Positions 1-12,422 of a stretch of DNA of 64,000 bases are shown here, one piece after another. The DNA comes from a bacterium (lineage in GTDB: Bacteria > Vulcanimicrobiota > Vulcanimicrobiia > Vulcanimicrobiales > Vulcanimicrobiaceae), in assembly GCA_021805775.1 (NCBI GenBank), contig JAJZED010000004.1, forward strand, positions 1 through 64,000. Reading direction: 5' to 3'. The notes under the pieces were generated by a model. It saw only the letters and a list, made by a program, of their open reading frames with translations. It did no database searches and was not told where the DNA came from. The position numbers and the translations under genes were made by a program. How positions within the stretch are numbered: position 1 is the first letter of the stretch; each line of letters starts with the position of its first letter.

Positions 1-214
1 TCTACGCGGCGAACCGCGTCTTTCTTGAATTCTTCGCTATAGGTCCGATTCTGCGTTTCCATGACACCTCATTGGCCGGATATTCGCCGGCTCTATCCAA
101 GTGTCCGGGAAACCGGGACAGCCTCAAGTTCGGATTCGTGCCAAACGCAGCCGCCACGGGCTGCGACGAGAACCGTCGTGACCTGTTAGCACTCCTGACG
201 AAACGCGCGTGCCC

Positions 215-1033
215 CTACCCGATGAGGTAGCCGCCGTCGCAGACGAGGGTTTGCCCCGTGATGTAACTAGCGGCGTCGCCGGCGAGGAAGAGCACGCATG
301 CAGCGATATCTTCGGGCGTGCCGACGCGCCCGAGCACCGTGCGCGCGCCGAAGGTTGCCGTGCTTTGCGCCATCGTTGTGGGCGCACCCTTACTCATCGC
401 GGCGACGCCTTCGGTTGCGATCATTCCGGGTAGCACCGTATTGACCGTGATCTTGTCGGGTCCAAATTCGAGCGCCGCGCTGCGCGTGAGCATGTTGACG
501 CCGCCCTTGCTCGCATCGTAGTGCGCGAGCCCGACCATCGACGGGTGCAGCGAGTCGATCGAGGAGATGTTGACGATCCGCCCGCCGCTGCCTTGCTTGC
601 GCATCTGCAGGGCGGCCGCGCGCAGGCACAGGAACGTGCCGCGTAGGTTGACGCCCTGCACGCGCTCCCAGTCCTGCAGCGTCATCTCGGCGATCGGCGT
701 GGTTGGAAAGATCCCGGCATCGTTGACGAGGATGTCGATCCGCCCGAAACGCTCGAGCGTCGCTCGCATCGTCGCTGCGACGCTCGCTTCGTCGCTGACG
801 TCGGTGCGAATCGCGAAGGCGCTCTCGGGGCGTGCGGCGTTGAGCTCATCGGTGACGCGAGCGGCCGCCTCAGGGCTGATCTCCGCAATAACAACGCGGG
901 CACCGGCGGCCGCCAGGTAACGCGCGATTCCGTGGCCGATGCCGCTTCCGGCACCGGTTACAATGGCGACCTTCTCGGTGAGCCCGAAGAGCTTGCTGAA
1001 GAAGGTGGTTGCGGTCGGTTCGTCTGCGATCAT
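215..1033 (-). CDS. SDR-family short-chain dehydrogenase/reductase
   Basis: 272-aa ORF. N-terminal Rossmann glycine motif TGAGSGIGHGIA, NNAG-type motif (VNDAG), catalytic YxxxK (YDASK). Classical SDR length. Confidence 0.85.
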   Translation of the reverse strand: MIADEPTATTFFSKLFGLTEKVAIVTGAGSGIGHGIARYLAAAGARVVIAEISPEAAARVTDELNAARPESAFAIRTDVSDEASVAATMRATLERFGRIDILVNDAGIFPTTPIAEMTLQDWERVQGVNLRGTFLCLRAAALQMRKQGSGGRIVNISSIDSLHPSMVGLAHYDASKGGVNMLTRSAALEFGPDKITVNTVLPGMIATEGVAAMSKGAPTTMAQSTATFGARTVLGRVGTPEDIAACVLFLAGDAASYITGQTLVCDGGYLIG

Positions 1034-1384
1034 ACGACCATCTTAGAACCGGGGCGGGAACGCGGCGCGAAGGCCGCTTCACAACTGCCGCGCCGTGGCG
1101 GGGCCACGAATCGGCAGCACCACCGGCGGCTGCGTCGGGCAAAGATCGATGGTTTTCCCGGGGAAAGCAATTGAATTGACCCAGGACATTCGTGATAAAC
1201 GTACTGGTTTTCGATGCGGTTCGTTCGGTTTGGTAGGGAAGGTGTTTTGCTTACGGCATATAGTCGGAAACGAGGCATGCGTGTGGAGCATGCTTCGAAT
1301 ACGCCGTTGTTTTATTTAATTAGAAATGCTGTTCGCATCGATAGCGATCGCCGAAGTCGACCGTGCACCGAGGGAGTGACGCAA

Positions 1385-1762
1385 GTGAAAGTTCTCATCA
1401 TTGAAGACAACGAGATGAATAGAGATATGCTTTCGCGGCGGTTGCTGCGCAAGGGCTACGACGTCGTCATGGCCGTCGATGGTGAAGAAGGCGTTGCGAT
1501 GGCGAGCTCCGAGGCGCCGGACATTATTTTGATGGACATGGACTTGCCGAAGATCGACGGTTGGGAAGCGACGCGTCGGATAAAAGCCAGCGACGACTTA
1601 AAAAACATTCCCGTAATTGCGTTGACCGCTCATGCGATGACGGGGGATCTCGATCGGGCGATCGGAGCCGGTTGTGACGACTACGATACAAAACCGATCG
1701 AGCTACCGCGGCTTCTTGAGAAAATCGAAAAATTGCTGGACTCTTCGACGCCCCGGTTGTAG
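1385..1762 (+). CDS. Single-domain response regulator (CheY-like receiver)
   Basis: Receiver domain: KVLIIEDNE, phospho-acceptor context ILMDMDLP, conserved T (ALTAH) and K (DYDTKP). GTG start at 1385 is preceded by GGGAG 8 nt upstream. The longer track ORF (from 1214) has no receiver homology before this point. The stop TAG is 4 nt before the next gene's GTG. Confidence 0.75.
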   Translation: MKVLIIEDNEMNRDMLSRRLLRKGYDVVMAVDGEEGVAMASSEAPDIILMDMDLPKIDGWEATRRIKASDDLKNIPVIALTAHAMTGDLDRAIGAGCDDYDTKPIELPRLLEKIEKLLDSSTPRL

Positions 1763-1766
1763 TTTT

Positions 1767-3344
1767 GTGGAAGAAGATCACCGATGGAGGCGCAGTGCGC
1801 TCGTGGCGCACATACGCCAAGAGTTAATGGCTCCGGTTTCGGCGATTGTCGGCTATTGCGAAATGCTTTGCGATGAAGCGCACGGCCGCAGCGACGAGGT
1901 GGTATCCGATCTCGGACGCATCAACGCATCGGCGTTACAACTTTACGAGCTATCGGGGCGACTGCTAGACAAGGAGTCGAGCGTTGCGCTGCTCGACGGC
2001 GCGGAACTCGATAGCGCCCAATCCACCATTCGACACGACTTACGCACCCCGCTCAATGCGATCAAGGGCTATAGCGAAATGCTGATCGAAGACGCGCTGG
2101 ATCCGGCCCTGGTCGCGGACCTTTCGAAGTTACTCGATGAAACGACCCTCCTGCTGAACCGACTTGAATCGATCGTCGATTTCAGTCGCATCGACCGTAC
2201 CGCGATGGAGGCAATGCCGGAGGCCGAGGCCTCGACGATGGTCGCACACCTCGAAACGGTGATCCGGCCGCTTTCCGAGAGCATTCGGCGGAAAGCGATG
2301 CCGGGACATCTCCTCGTGGTTGACGACAACGAGTCCAACCGCGAGCTTCTGTCGCGACGGCTGCACAGAGAGGGGCATAGCGTAGAGATCGCGCGGGATG
2401 GGTACGAGGCGTTGGCCGCGATGGACCGACAGGCGTTCGACCTCGTGTTGCTCGATTTGATGATGCCCGGACTGAGCGGAATCGAGGTGCTCGATCGCAT
2501 TAAGGTGCGTCCGGAGTTAGCCGGTATCCCGGTGATCATGGTTTCGGCACTCCACGAAATGGAGATGATCGTTCGCTGCATCGAAGCCGGCGCCGACGAC
2601 TATCTTCCAAAACCGGTCAATGCGACGCTGCTTTCGGTTCGCGTCGACGCATTATTGGAGCGAAAACAAGCGCAAGATCGCGAACGTTCGTACTTGAAAC
2701 AAATCGAAGAAGAAAAGCGCACGAGCGGGAGGCTGCTCCTCAACATCCTTCCCCCGGAAATTGTCAAACGAATGAGTGACGGCGAATTGCAAATCGCCGA
2801 TCGCTTCGAAGACGTAACCATTCTCTTCTCGGACGTTGTCGGCTTCACTGCCATGTCGAGTGAAATCGCAGCTCATACGCTCGTCGATGGGCTCAATCAA
2901 CTGTTCTCCGCCTTCGACGAAGAGACGAAACGGTTCGGCATCGAGAAAATTAAAACGATCGGCGACGCCTACATGGCCGCGGCCGGGCTCCCCGAACCCC
3001 GCGCCGATCACGCTGAAGTCAGCCTTCGATTCGCACGCGCGTTAATGGAGGCCACACGAAAGATCGGCAGCGTCGATGGACATGCTCTCAACATCCGCAT
3101 AGGTCTCCATTCGGGGCCGGTCGTGGCGGGCATCATCGGCTCGCACAAGTTCGCCTACGACGTCTGGGGCGACACCGTCAACGTGGCCTCTCGGATGGAG
3201 TCTCACGGCGTTCCCGGACGCATTCATCTATCTGCGGAGACGGCGCGCCGCTTAGCGGGGCGCTTCCCCTTGGAATCGCGGGGACTCATAACGATCAAGG
3301 GCAAGGGCGAGTTGGAGACATTCCTTCTCGCGGAAGGAGCGTAA
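1767..3344 (+). CDS. Signal-transduction fusion: two HisKA-like phosphoacceptor (H-box) segments, a receiver domain, and a class III adenylate cyclase
   Basis: Two H-box helices (AHIRQELMAPVSAIVGYCEML and [22 protein letters not shown]) with no HATPase_c domain. Receiver: HLLVVDDNE ... LLDLMMPGLSG ... DDYLPKP. Class III nucleotidyl cyclase: FSDVVGFTAMS, KTIGDAYMAAAG, GLHSGPVVAGIIG, YDVWGDTVNVASRMES. The Lys/Asp specificity pair implies ATP as substrate. GTG start at 1767 immediately follows the upstream stop. The track ORF from 1674 overlaps the upstream gene and was rejected. Confidence 0.8.
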   Translation: MEEDHRWRRSALVAHIRQELMAPVSAIVGYCEMLCDEAHGRSDEVVSDLGRINASALQLYELSGRLLDKESSVALLDGAELDSAQSTIRHDLRTPLNAIKGYSEMLIEDALDPALVADLSKLLDETTLLLNRLESIVDFSRIDRTAMEAMPEAEASTMVAHLETVIRPLSESIRRKAMPGHLLVVDDNESNRELLSRRLHREGHSVEIARDGYEALAAMDRQAFDLVLLDLMMPGLSGIEVLDRIKVRPELAGIPVIMVSALHEMEMIVRCIEAGADDYLPKPVNATLLSVRVDALLERKQAQDRERSYLKQIEEEKRTSGRLLLNILPPEIVKRMSDGELQIADRFEDVTILFSDVVGFTAMSSEIAAHTLVDGLNQLFSAFDEETKRFGIEKIKTIGDAYMAAAGLPEPRADHAEVSLRFARALMEATRKIGSVDGHALNIRIGLHSGPVVAGIIGSHKFAYDVWGDTVNVASRMESHGVPGRIHLSAETARRLAGRFPLESRGLITIKGKGELETFLLAEGA

Positions 3345-3347
3345 AAA

Positions 3348-6098
3348 ATGTCGACCGTCGAGGATCTCCGACGTTTGCAATCCATCCTCGATACCGCCCC
3401 CGTCGGAGTGGGAATTTCAACAAACGGTGTCGTGCGCTTCGCCAACGTGCGGCTGCATGAAATTATCAACGTACATGTCGGCGCGTCGAGTCGCGATCTC
3501 TACGTCGATCCCGTAGAGCGCGACGCAATCGCGGCACGCATCGCCGCCGGGGGGGTCGTCAGGGATGCAGAAATGCGGATGTACGCGCCCGGGGGAGTTG
3601 AGGTTCGCGACATCTCCGCGAGTTTTTTGCCTGGCGATTATGACGGAGTGCCCGGGCTTTTGGTCTGGATGGTCGATATCACCGAAAGCAAACAGGCGGC
3701 AGCGGCGCTTGAGGAACAGCGATATTTTCTCGCCGCGATCCTCGACAATCTACCCGATGCAACGTTCGCGATCGATAACCAAGGGTGCATCACAGCGTGG
3801 AACCGAGCCGCAGAAGAGATGACCGGGGTCAAAGCCGAGGATATGTTCGGCAAAGGGAACTACGAGTACGCGATTCCGTTCTACGGAGAGCGGCGGCCGA
3901 TTCTCATCGACTTGTTGTTTTCTCCGGAAAAAGAAATATTAAAATATCATCACGTTCGACGCGTCGGCGATGCATTGCTCGGCGACGGATATATCCGGTG
4001 GCCGCATCGAGAAATATGGTTCGAAGGCAGCGCCGCACTCTTACGCGATTCGCGCGGGCAAGTCATCGGCGCGATCGAAACCATACGCGACCAAACGGAG
4101 CGCCGGAGAGCAGAAATAAAAACCGAGTCGTCGAATCTTCGACTCTCGGGCGTCATCGATGCTTTACCGGATGCGGCCTTCGTCATCGATGACGAAGGCA
4201 AGGTGGTGGCGTGGAACAAAGCCTTGGTTGCGATGACGGGCGTTGAAGCAGAAAAAATGATCGGGAAGGGCAACCACGAGTATGCGATTCCGTTCTACGG
4301 AGAGCGTCGGCCGATCGTCATCGACTTAATCGATAAACCCGATGAAGAACTCGCGCAAAATTATGCGTGGCTGCGTCGCGAAAGCGGCGGCGTTCTTTCG
4401 GGAGAGGTTGAAATCGATTTTCCCTTCATCGATCACAAACTCTACATACAAGCTCGCGCGCGGGCTCTCTACGAGGCAGAGGGCGAAAAAGCGGGTGCCA
4501 TCGAGATCATCCACGACCTAACCGAGCGGCAACGCATCGAGAGCGAACTCACCGTCGCGAAACGCAGCGCCGAGGAAGCCAATCGGGCTAAAAGTGCTTT
4601 CTTGGCCAATATGAGCCATGAGTTGCGCACCCCATTGAACGCAATTATCGGCTATTCGGAGATGCTCGCCGAGGAATTGGAAGAGATGGGCGAGGCTCGT
4701 ATGGTTGACGACAGCAAAAAAATACGATCGGCCGGCAAGCACTTGCTCGGGTTGATCAATGAAGTTCTCGATATTTCGAAAATCGAAGCCGGCAAGATGA
4801 CGCTTAGCATCGAACAGATTGACATTCCGGCGATGATTGGCGATGTTGTGTCAACCGTCACGCCGCTCACTGCGAAAAATGCAAATACCCTCGCGGTAGA
4901 ATGCTCGCCGGATATTCCGCCGATCCAGGCCGACCTGATGAAAGTGCGACAATCGTTGCTCAATTTACTCAGCAACGCTTGCAAATTCGCAAAAGGAGGT
5001 GCCATACAACTGCGCGTCTCGAGCGATGGAGATTGGGTTGACTTCATCGTCGCCGATAACGGCATCGGCATGACGCCGGAGCAGTGTGGCAAGCTGTTTC
5101 AAGCATTCTCCCAAGCCGATTCCTCAATCACGCGTGAATATGGTGGAACCGGCCTCGGCTTGGCCATCACCCGTAAGTTCTGCCGACTGATGGGCGGCGA
5201 TGTATTCGTAGAAAGCTCGTTGGGTAAGGGCTCCACATTCACAATGCGTCTGCCCGTTATTGCGAAAGATATGACCGTGGCGCCCTCGGCAAGTGCCGGG
5301 GAAGAGCGCAAAGAGAGCTCCGCTTCTCGTCCGTTGGCCTTAGTGGTTGACGACGACCCGGCGGCGCGTGAAATGCTGCAGCGAAGTTTAGAGAGGTGCG
5401 GCTACCGCGTCGCCACGGCAAACGATGGGGAAGAGGCGCTTCGTGTCGCAGTGGATCTGAAACCCTCGATTATTACGCTGGACGCAATTATGCCGCGTAC
5501 GGACGGGTGGGCGACGCTTAGCCGTCTGAAAGCCGACAGCGCACTCGCGAGTATCCCCGTCATCATGGTCTCGGTACTGGGGGATTCCCAGATGGCCTAC
5601 GCCTTGGGCGCGGCCCATTATCTATCCAAGCCCGTCGATCAAAGCGAACTTTGCGCCGTGCTCGAGCAGTACCGAGGCAATCGGAACGTGTTACTTGTGG
5701 AGGACGACGAAACGACCCGCGCGATGATGCGTCGCATGCTGGAGAAGAGCGGATGGTCGGTAATCGAAGCGCAAAATGGGAAGATCGGGCTGGAGCGGAT
5801 GGAGGAAGCGTTGCCCGATATCGTTCTGCTCGACTTGACGATGCCGGTGATGGACGGTTTTGAATTCGTCGCCGAAATTCGGCAGCACGAGAACTGGCGC
5901 GCGGTTCCGATCATCGTGCTGACCGCAAAGGACGTTACTCCCGCTGAATCGGCGCGCCTTGCAGGGCGCACCACGCGAATTTTGCAGAAAGGTTCGGTTA
6001 ATCTCGACGCACTTGCAGAGCAAATTCGCAGTCTGCTCCCGTCGGACGGGCCTGACGCGATTCATGGAGCAGTACGCACTCTAGAAAATCGGCGTTAG
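3348..6098 (+). CDS. Hybrid sensor histidine kinase (2x PAS, HisKA, HATPase_c, 2x receiver)
   Basis: 916 aa. H-box [19 protein letters not shown]. ATPase N/G boxes ([24 protein letters not shown]). Two C-terminal receiver domains (LALVVDDD ... TLDAIMP; NVLLVEDDE ... [11 protein letters not shown]). AAGGAG RBS sits 9 nt upstream of the ATG. The gene starts 3 nt after the cyclase stop. Confidence 0.9.
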   Translation: MSTVEDLRRLQSILDTAPVGVGISTNGVVRFANVRLHEIINVHVGASSRDLYVDPVERDAIAARIAAGGVVRDAEMRMYAPGGVEVRDISASFLPGDYDGVPGLLVWMVDITESKQAAAALEEQRYFLAAILDNLPDATFAIDNQGCITAWNRAAEEMTGVKAEDMFGKGNYEYAIPFYGERRPILIDLLFSPEKEILKYHHVRRVGDALLGDGYIRWPHREIWFEGSAALLRDSRGQVIGAIETIRDQTERRRAEIKTESSNLRLSGVIDALPDAAFVIDDEGKVVAWNKALVAMTGVEAEKMIGKGNHEYAIPFYGERRPIVIDLIDKPDEELAQNYAWLRRESGGVLSGEVEIDFPFIDHKLYIQARARALYEAEGEKAGAIEIIHDLTERQRIESELTVAKRSAEEANRAKSAFLANMSHELRTPLNAIIGYSEMLAEELEEMGEARMVDDSKKIRSAGKHLLGLINEVLDISKIEAGKMTLSIEQIDIPAMIGDVVSTVTPLTAKNANTLAVECSPDIPPIQADLMKVRQSLLNLLSNACKFAKGGAIQLRVSSDGDWVDFIVADNGIGMTPEQCGKLFQAFSQADSSITREYGGTGLGLAITRKFCRLMGGDVFVESSLGKGSTFTMRLPVIAKDMTVAPSASAGEERKESSASRPLALVVDDDPAAREMLQRSLERCGYRVATANDGEEALRVAVDLKPSIITLDAIMPRTDGWATLSRLKADSALASIPVIMVSVLGDSQMAYALGAAHYLSKPVDQSELCAVLEQYRGNRNVLLVEDDETTRAMMRRMLEKSGWSVIEAQNGKIGLERMEEALPDIVLLDLTMPVMDGFEFVAEIRQHENWRAVPIIVLTAKDVTPAESARLAGRTTRILQKGSVNLDALAEQIRSLLPSDGPDAIHGAVRTLENRR
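3711..4503 (+). repeat. Intragenic tandem duplication of a PAS domain (about 125 aa per copy) inside the hybrid kinase
   Basis: Two copies share the block W-N[37 protein letters not shown]. Their DNA is near-identical (for example tacgcgattccgttctacggagagcggcggccgat versus tatgcgattccgttctacggagagcgtcggccgat). Coordinates are approximate. Confidence 0.7.
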
Positions 6099-6291
6099 GG
6101 CTCGATTTTATCCGGCGCGCACGCTCGTTTCGCGCGCTCGAAGTAGATCGGTGAGCCGTTTTCGGCACGCTGCGGGCGAAAGTGCTTGACGGAAGGTGCC
6201 ACCTCGTGCCATGCTGGGTGAAATTCACCCCGCGCCGAGCTTTCGACATATCGTGCGATCGTTTTGTGCACGCTCGAAAGTATCGACATTC

Positions 6292-7473
<1,182 letters not shown>

Positions 7474-7489
7474 CCTTTTCCTCGGAACG

Positions 7490-9850
<2,361 letters not shown>

Positions 9851-11923
9851 GTGAGCCAGCCCAAAAGCGCGGATGCATACGGCAACGATGCCGCCGTCGT
9901 TCTGCGTGCGCTCGCCCCGAAAATCGGCGAGGCGACCGATCGATTCGTTGCTACGTTCTACGATAATCGCACCGAGTATCCCGGGCAAGCCGAGATCGTC
10001 GGGCGGCTGACCCCCCGCGAATTCGAGCGCTTGCAGGCACATCAAAACGCGCACCTCCGCATGCTGCTCGATCCCGAGCTCGACGAAGCGCGGCACCGTG
10101 CGGTGGCGCGGCGGGTCGGGCGCATTCATGCGCTTACCGGGGTCGAGCCGGGGTGGATCGTCGACGGTTACGAACGCTATCGCCGCGTCGTCCTCGATCT
10201 CTCGAGTATCGCGCAGCGCGAATATCGCGCCCTCTGCGATATTCTCGATCGGCGTCTGAGCATCGAACTCCACGAACAACTCGATGCACCGCGCGAACTC
10301 AACGTCGTGCAGCACGCGGCGCTCCAGCGCATCGATCGGCTGGTCGGCTCGTCGACGACCTTCAGCGACTTAGCGAGCGGGCTCTTGGAGATTCTCATCA
10401 CGCTCGATGGCATCGTTACTGCCGCGATCTCGCGCCCCGATCCGCAAGGGAATTTGCAATACGAAGTGACGGGAGGCGAGCAAGCGCGGCGCTATCTCGG
10501 CATGCTTGCAGCCGGGAAAGCCCCGCCGATCAGCATTCATGCCGATCGCCCAACCGGCCAAGGGCCGAGCGGGCGCGCGTGGCGCAGCGGAAACGTCGAA
10601 CATACGCTGGCGATGGCGCTCGACCCCGGTATGGCGGTTTGGCAAGATATGCTCGCCGAATTGCAACTCCGCTCCGCTGCGACGGTCCCGGTTCTCGATA
10701 ACGACGATCGTCCGCAACTGCTCGTCCAGCTCTGGAGCGATCTCACGGGACATTTTATTATTCCCTTACGACAGACGCTGATCGAACATCTCCAGCGAGC
10801 GCTGGGGCACGCGTTTGCGCGCCTCGGACAACGCGATCAACAGAGCCTCGTCGTCGTTCCGCACGGCCGGCGTCTCGAGTGGCGCGAGCTGCTGCAGCAC
10901 GATGGGCTCGAGATGCATTTTCAACCGGTCGTCGATCTCACGAGCGGCGCGTTGCAAAAAGTCGAAGCGTTAGCGCGGCTGCGCAACGCACGGGAAGAGC
11001 TGATTCTTCCCGCGCAATTTCTTCCGGCATTCGGTGAATGGGAGCTGCAACGCCTCTTCGCGCAAGGGCTCGATCAAGGCATCGAGGCGCTTCGCATGTG
11101 GGAGCAGAGCGGTATCTCCACGAAAATCTCCATCAATCTTCCGCCGCAGGGGCTCAAAGACCGTCGATATCTTGAGATCCTTCGCGAAGCGCTCGCGCGC
11201 ACAAACATCGATCCCGGGCGCATCACGCTCGAGTTGCTTGAGACCGGAAACGTCGAGCAGTCCGCGGTGCAGGGAACGATCGTCAACGCGATCCGAGAGA
11301 TTGGCGTCGGTCTTGCCGAGGACGATTTAGGTTCGGGGTACAGCTCGCTCCTACGCATGGATCGAATCGCCTTCGATGAGATGAAGATCGACCAAGGCCT
11401 CGTCTGCAACTCGACGCAGACGCCGCGCAAGGCATTGGGCTTCATTCATTATCTCACGCGTTTAAGCCACGATTTCGGCATTCCGGTGACGGTCGAAGGG
11501 TTGGAAAACGACGGCCTCGTCGAGGCGGCGGTGATTTTCAGTGCAAATATGGGGCAAGGCTATGCCATAGCGTCGCCGATGCGCGCCGCGGAGTTGAAGG
11601 ATTGGGCGGATCGCTTCACGCTGGCGGTCGACCGCACGCGCCCCAAAACTGCGCTCGGAGCATTCGCAACGAATATGCTCTGGCACTTACAGTTGGTAAG
11701 CCTCAGCCCATGGCGGGAGTTGCTCGATAATTTTCTGGGAATGCCATCGAGCTTAGCGCAGTACATCGCAAACCAGGGCGCAGGCGCTACGTCGTTGCTC
11801 GATGCGCACGACGAACTGTACAGCGTTGCTTCCCTGCACGGTCCGAGCGATCCGAGGTATTTGAATGCGCGCGGCCGCATGGAAGCGTTGCTCGCCGAAC
11901 GCATCGCATTCGAAAACGAATAA
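9851..11923 (+). CDS. Globin-coupled-sensor (protoglobin-like) + GAF + EAL c-di-GMP phosphodiesterase
   Basis: The N-terminus has the globin-sensor signature (FYDNRT ... RVGRIHALTGVEPGWIVDGYERYRRVV), resembling the H-x-RIG ... P-x-W ... Y proximal-His region of HemAT/DosC. Central GAF-like region. C-terminal EAL domain: QPVVDL, EALARL, ISINL, ELLE, DDLGSGYSSL, KIDQ. No GGDEF domain. GTG start with GAGGAGG RBS. Confidence 0.75.
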   Translation: MSQPKSADAYGNDAAVVLRALAPKIGEATDRFVATFYDNRTEYPGQAEIVGRLTPREFERLQAHQNAHLRMLLDPELDEARHRAVARRVGRIHALTGVEPGWIVDGYERYRRVVLDLSSIAQREYRALCDILDRRLSIELHEQLDAPRELNVVQHAALQRIDRLVGSSTTFSDLASGLLEILITLDGIVTAAISRPDPQGNLQYEVTGGEQARRYLGMLAAGKAPPISIHADRPTGQGPSGRAWRSGNVEHTLAMALDPGMAVWQDMLAELQLRSAATVPVLDNDDRPQLLVQLWSDLTGHFIIPLRQTLIEHLQRALGHAFARLGQRDQQSLVVVPHGRRLEWRELLQHDGLEMHFQPVVDLTSGALQKVEALARLRNAREELILPAQFLPAFGEWELQRLFAQGLDQGIEALRMWEQSGISTKISINLPPQGLKDRRYLEILREALARTNIDPGRITLELLETGNVEQSAVQGTIVNAIREIGVGLAEDDLGSGYSSLLRMDRIAFDEMKIDQGLVCNSTQTPRKALGFIHYLTRLSHDFGIPVTVEGLENDGLVEAAVIFSANMGQGYAIASPMRAAELKDWADRFTLAVDRTRPKTALGAFATNMLWHLQLVSLSPWRELLDNFLGMPSSLAQYIANQGAGATSLLDAHDELYSVASLHGPSDPRYLNARGRMEALLAERIAFENE

Positions 11924-11934
11924 GTCCGCGGGCG

Positions 11935-12420
11935 TTAGGAAGGGTGTCGCCGTCGCCTCGCCCAGTGCGGCATCGATGTTTCGGTGAGGGCAAACGAAAC
12001 GAAACACATCGCGAGCACGAGATGATTGAGCGAGGCGCCGAAGTACTCCCAAAACGGGGCGCCCGCGCCGGGATAGTTTGAAGAGAACAGCAATGCGAGC
12101 ATGTAGATCGCGCCGCAGGCGCTCGCGAGCCGCACCAAGATTCCCGATACGAGCGCGAGCCCGATTGCGAGTTCGCCGTACGCCGCGAGATACGCGATGA
12201 TGGCGGCATGCGGCAACACGAACCCTTGTAAGACCGGAACCATAAATGGATAGGTGGCACGATCGTTGAGGAAGCGCTCGATCCACATTTGGAACCCGCC
12301 GCCTTGCGTGAATTCCGTGCCGAAGACTTTATACTGCGCGAAAATAAGAAAAAGCACGCCGACGGCGATTCGTAACGATCGAAATGCCGTCTCGGCGGAG
12401 AGCGTTGTGCGCCTGCGCAC
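11935..12420 (-). CDS. DoxX-family membrane protein
   Basis: 161 aa, four predicted TM helices. DoxX-like pattern (AYGELAIGLALVSGILVRLASACGAIYML). Confidence 0.6.
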   Translation of the reverse strand: MRRRTTLSAETAFRSLRIAVGVLFLIFAQYKVFGTEFTQGGGFQMWIERFLNDRATYPFMVPVLQGFVLPHAAIIAYLAAYGELAIGLALVSGILVRLASACGAIYMLALLFSSNYPGAGAPFWEYFGASLNHLVLAMCFVSFALTETSMPHWARRRRHPS

Positions 12421-12422
12421 GC

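Noticed and set aside
2069-2581. Long ORFs antisense to or overlapping well-supported genes: 2069..2581, 8000..8701, 12798..13670, 14463..15077, 19864..20691, 24114..25301, 35801..36493, 40221..41156, 57727..58641, 60355..61455, and many 60-150-aa ORFs in the track.
   Set aside because: High GC suppresses stop codons in all frames. These ORFs overlap genes with strong motif support. Their translations are Arg/Ala/Ser-rich low-complexity sequence with no recognisable domains.
1674-3344. Track start (1674) for the cyclase-fusion ORF, and 1214 for the receiver ORF.
   Set aside because: 1674 would overlap the upstream receiver gene by 89 nt. A GTG at 1767, directly after the upstream stop, begins exactly where the homology starts. 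Likewise the receiver domain begins at the GTG at 1385, preceded by an SD.
6109-6140. GCGCGC ... GCGCGC self-complementary stretch after the hybrid kinase stop as a terminator.
   Set aside because: The stem is short, the loop is long, and there is no U-tract. The evidence is too weak.
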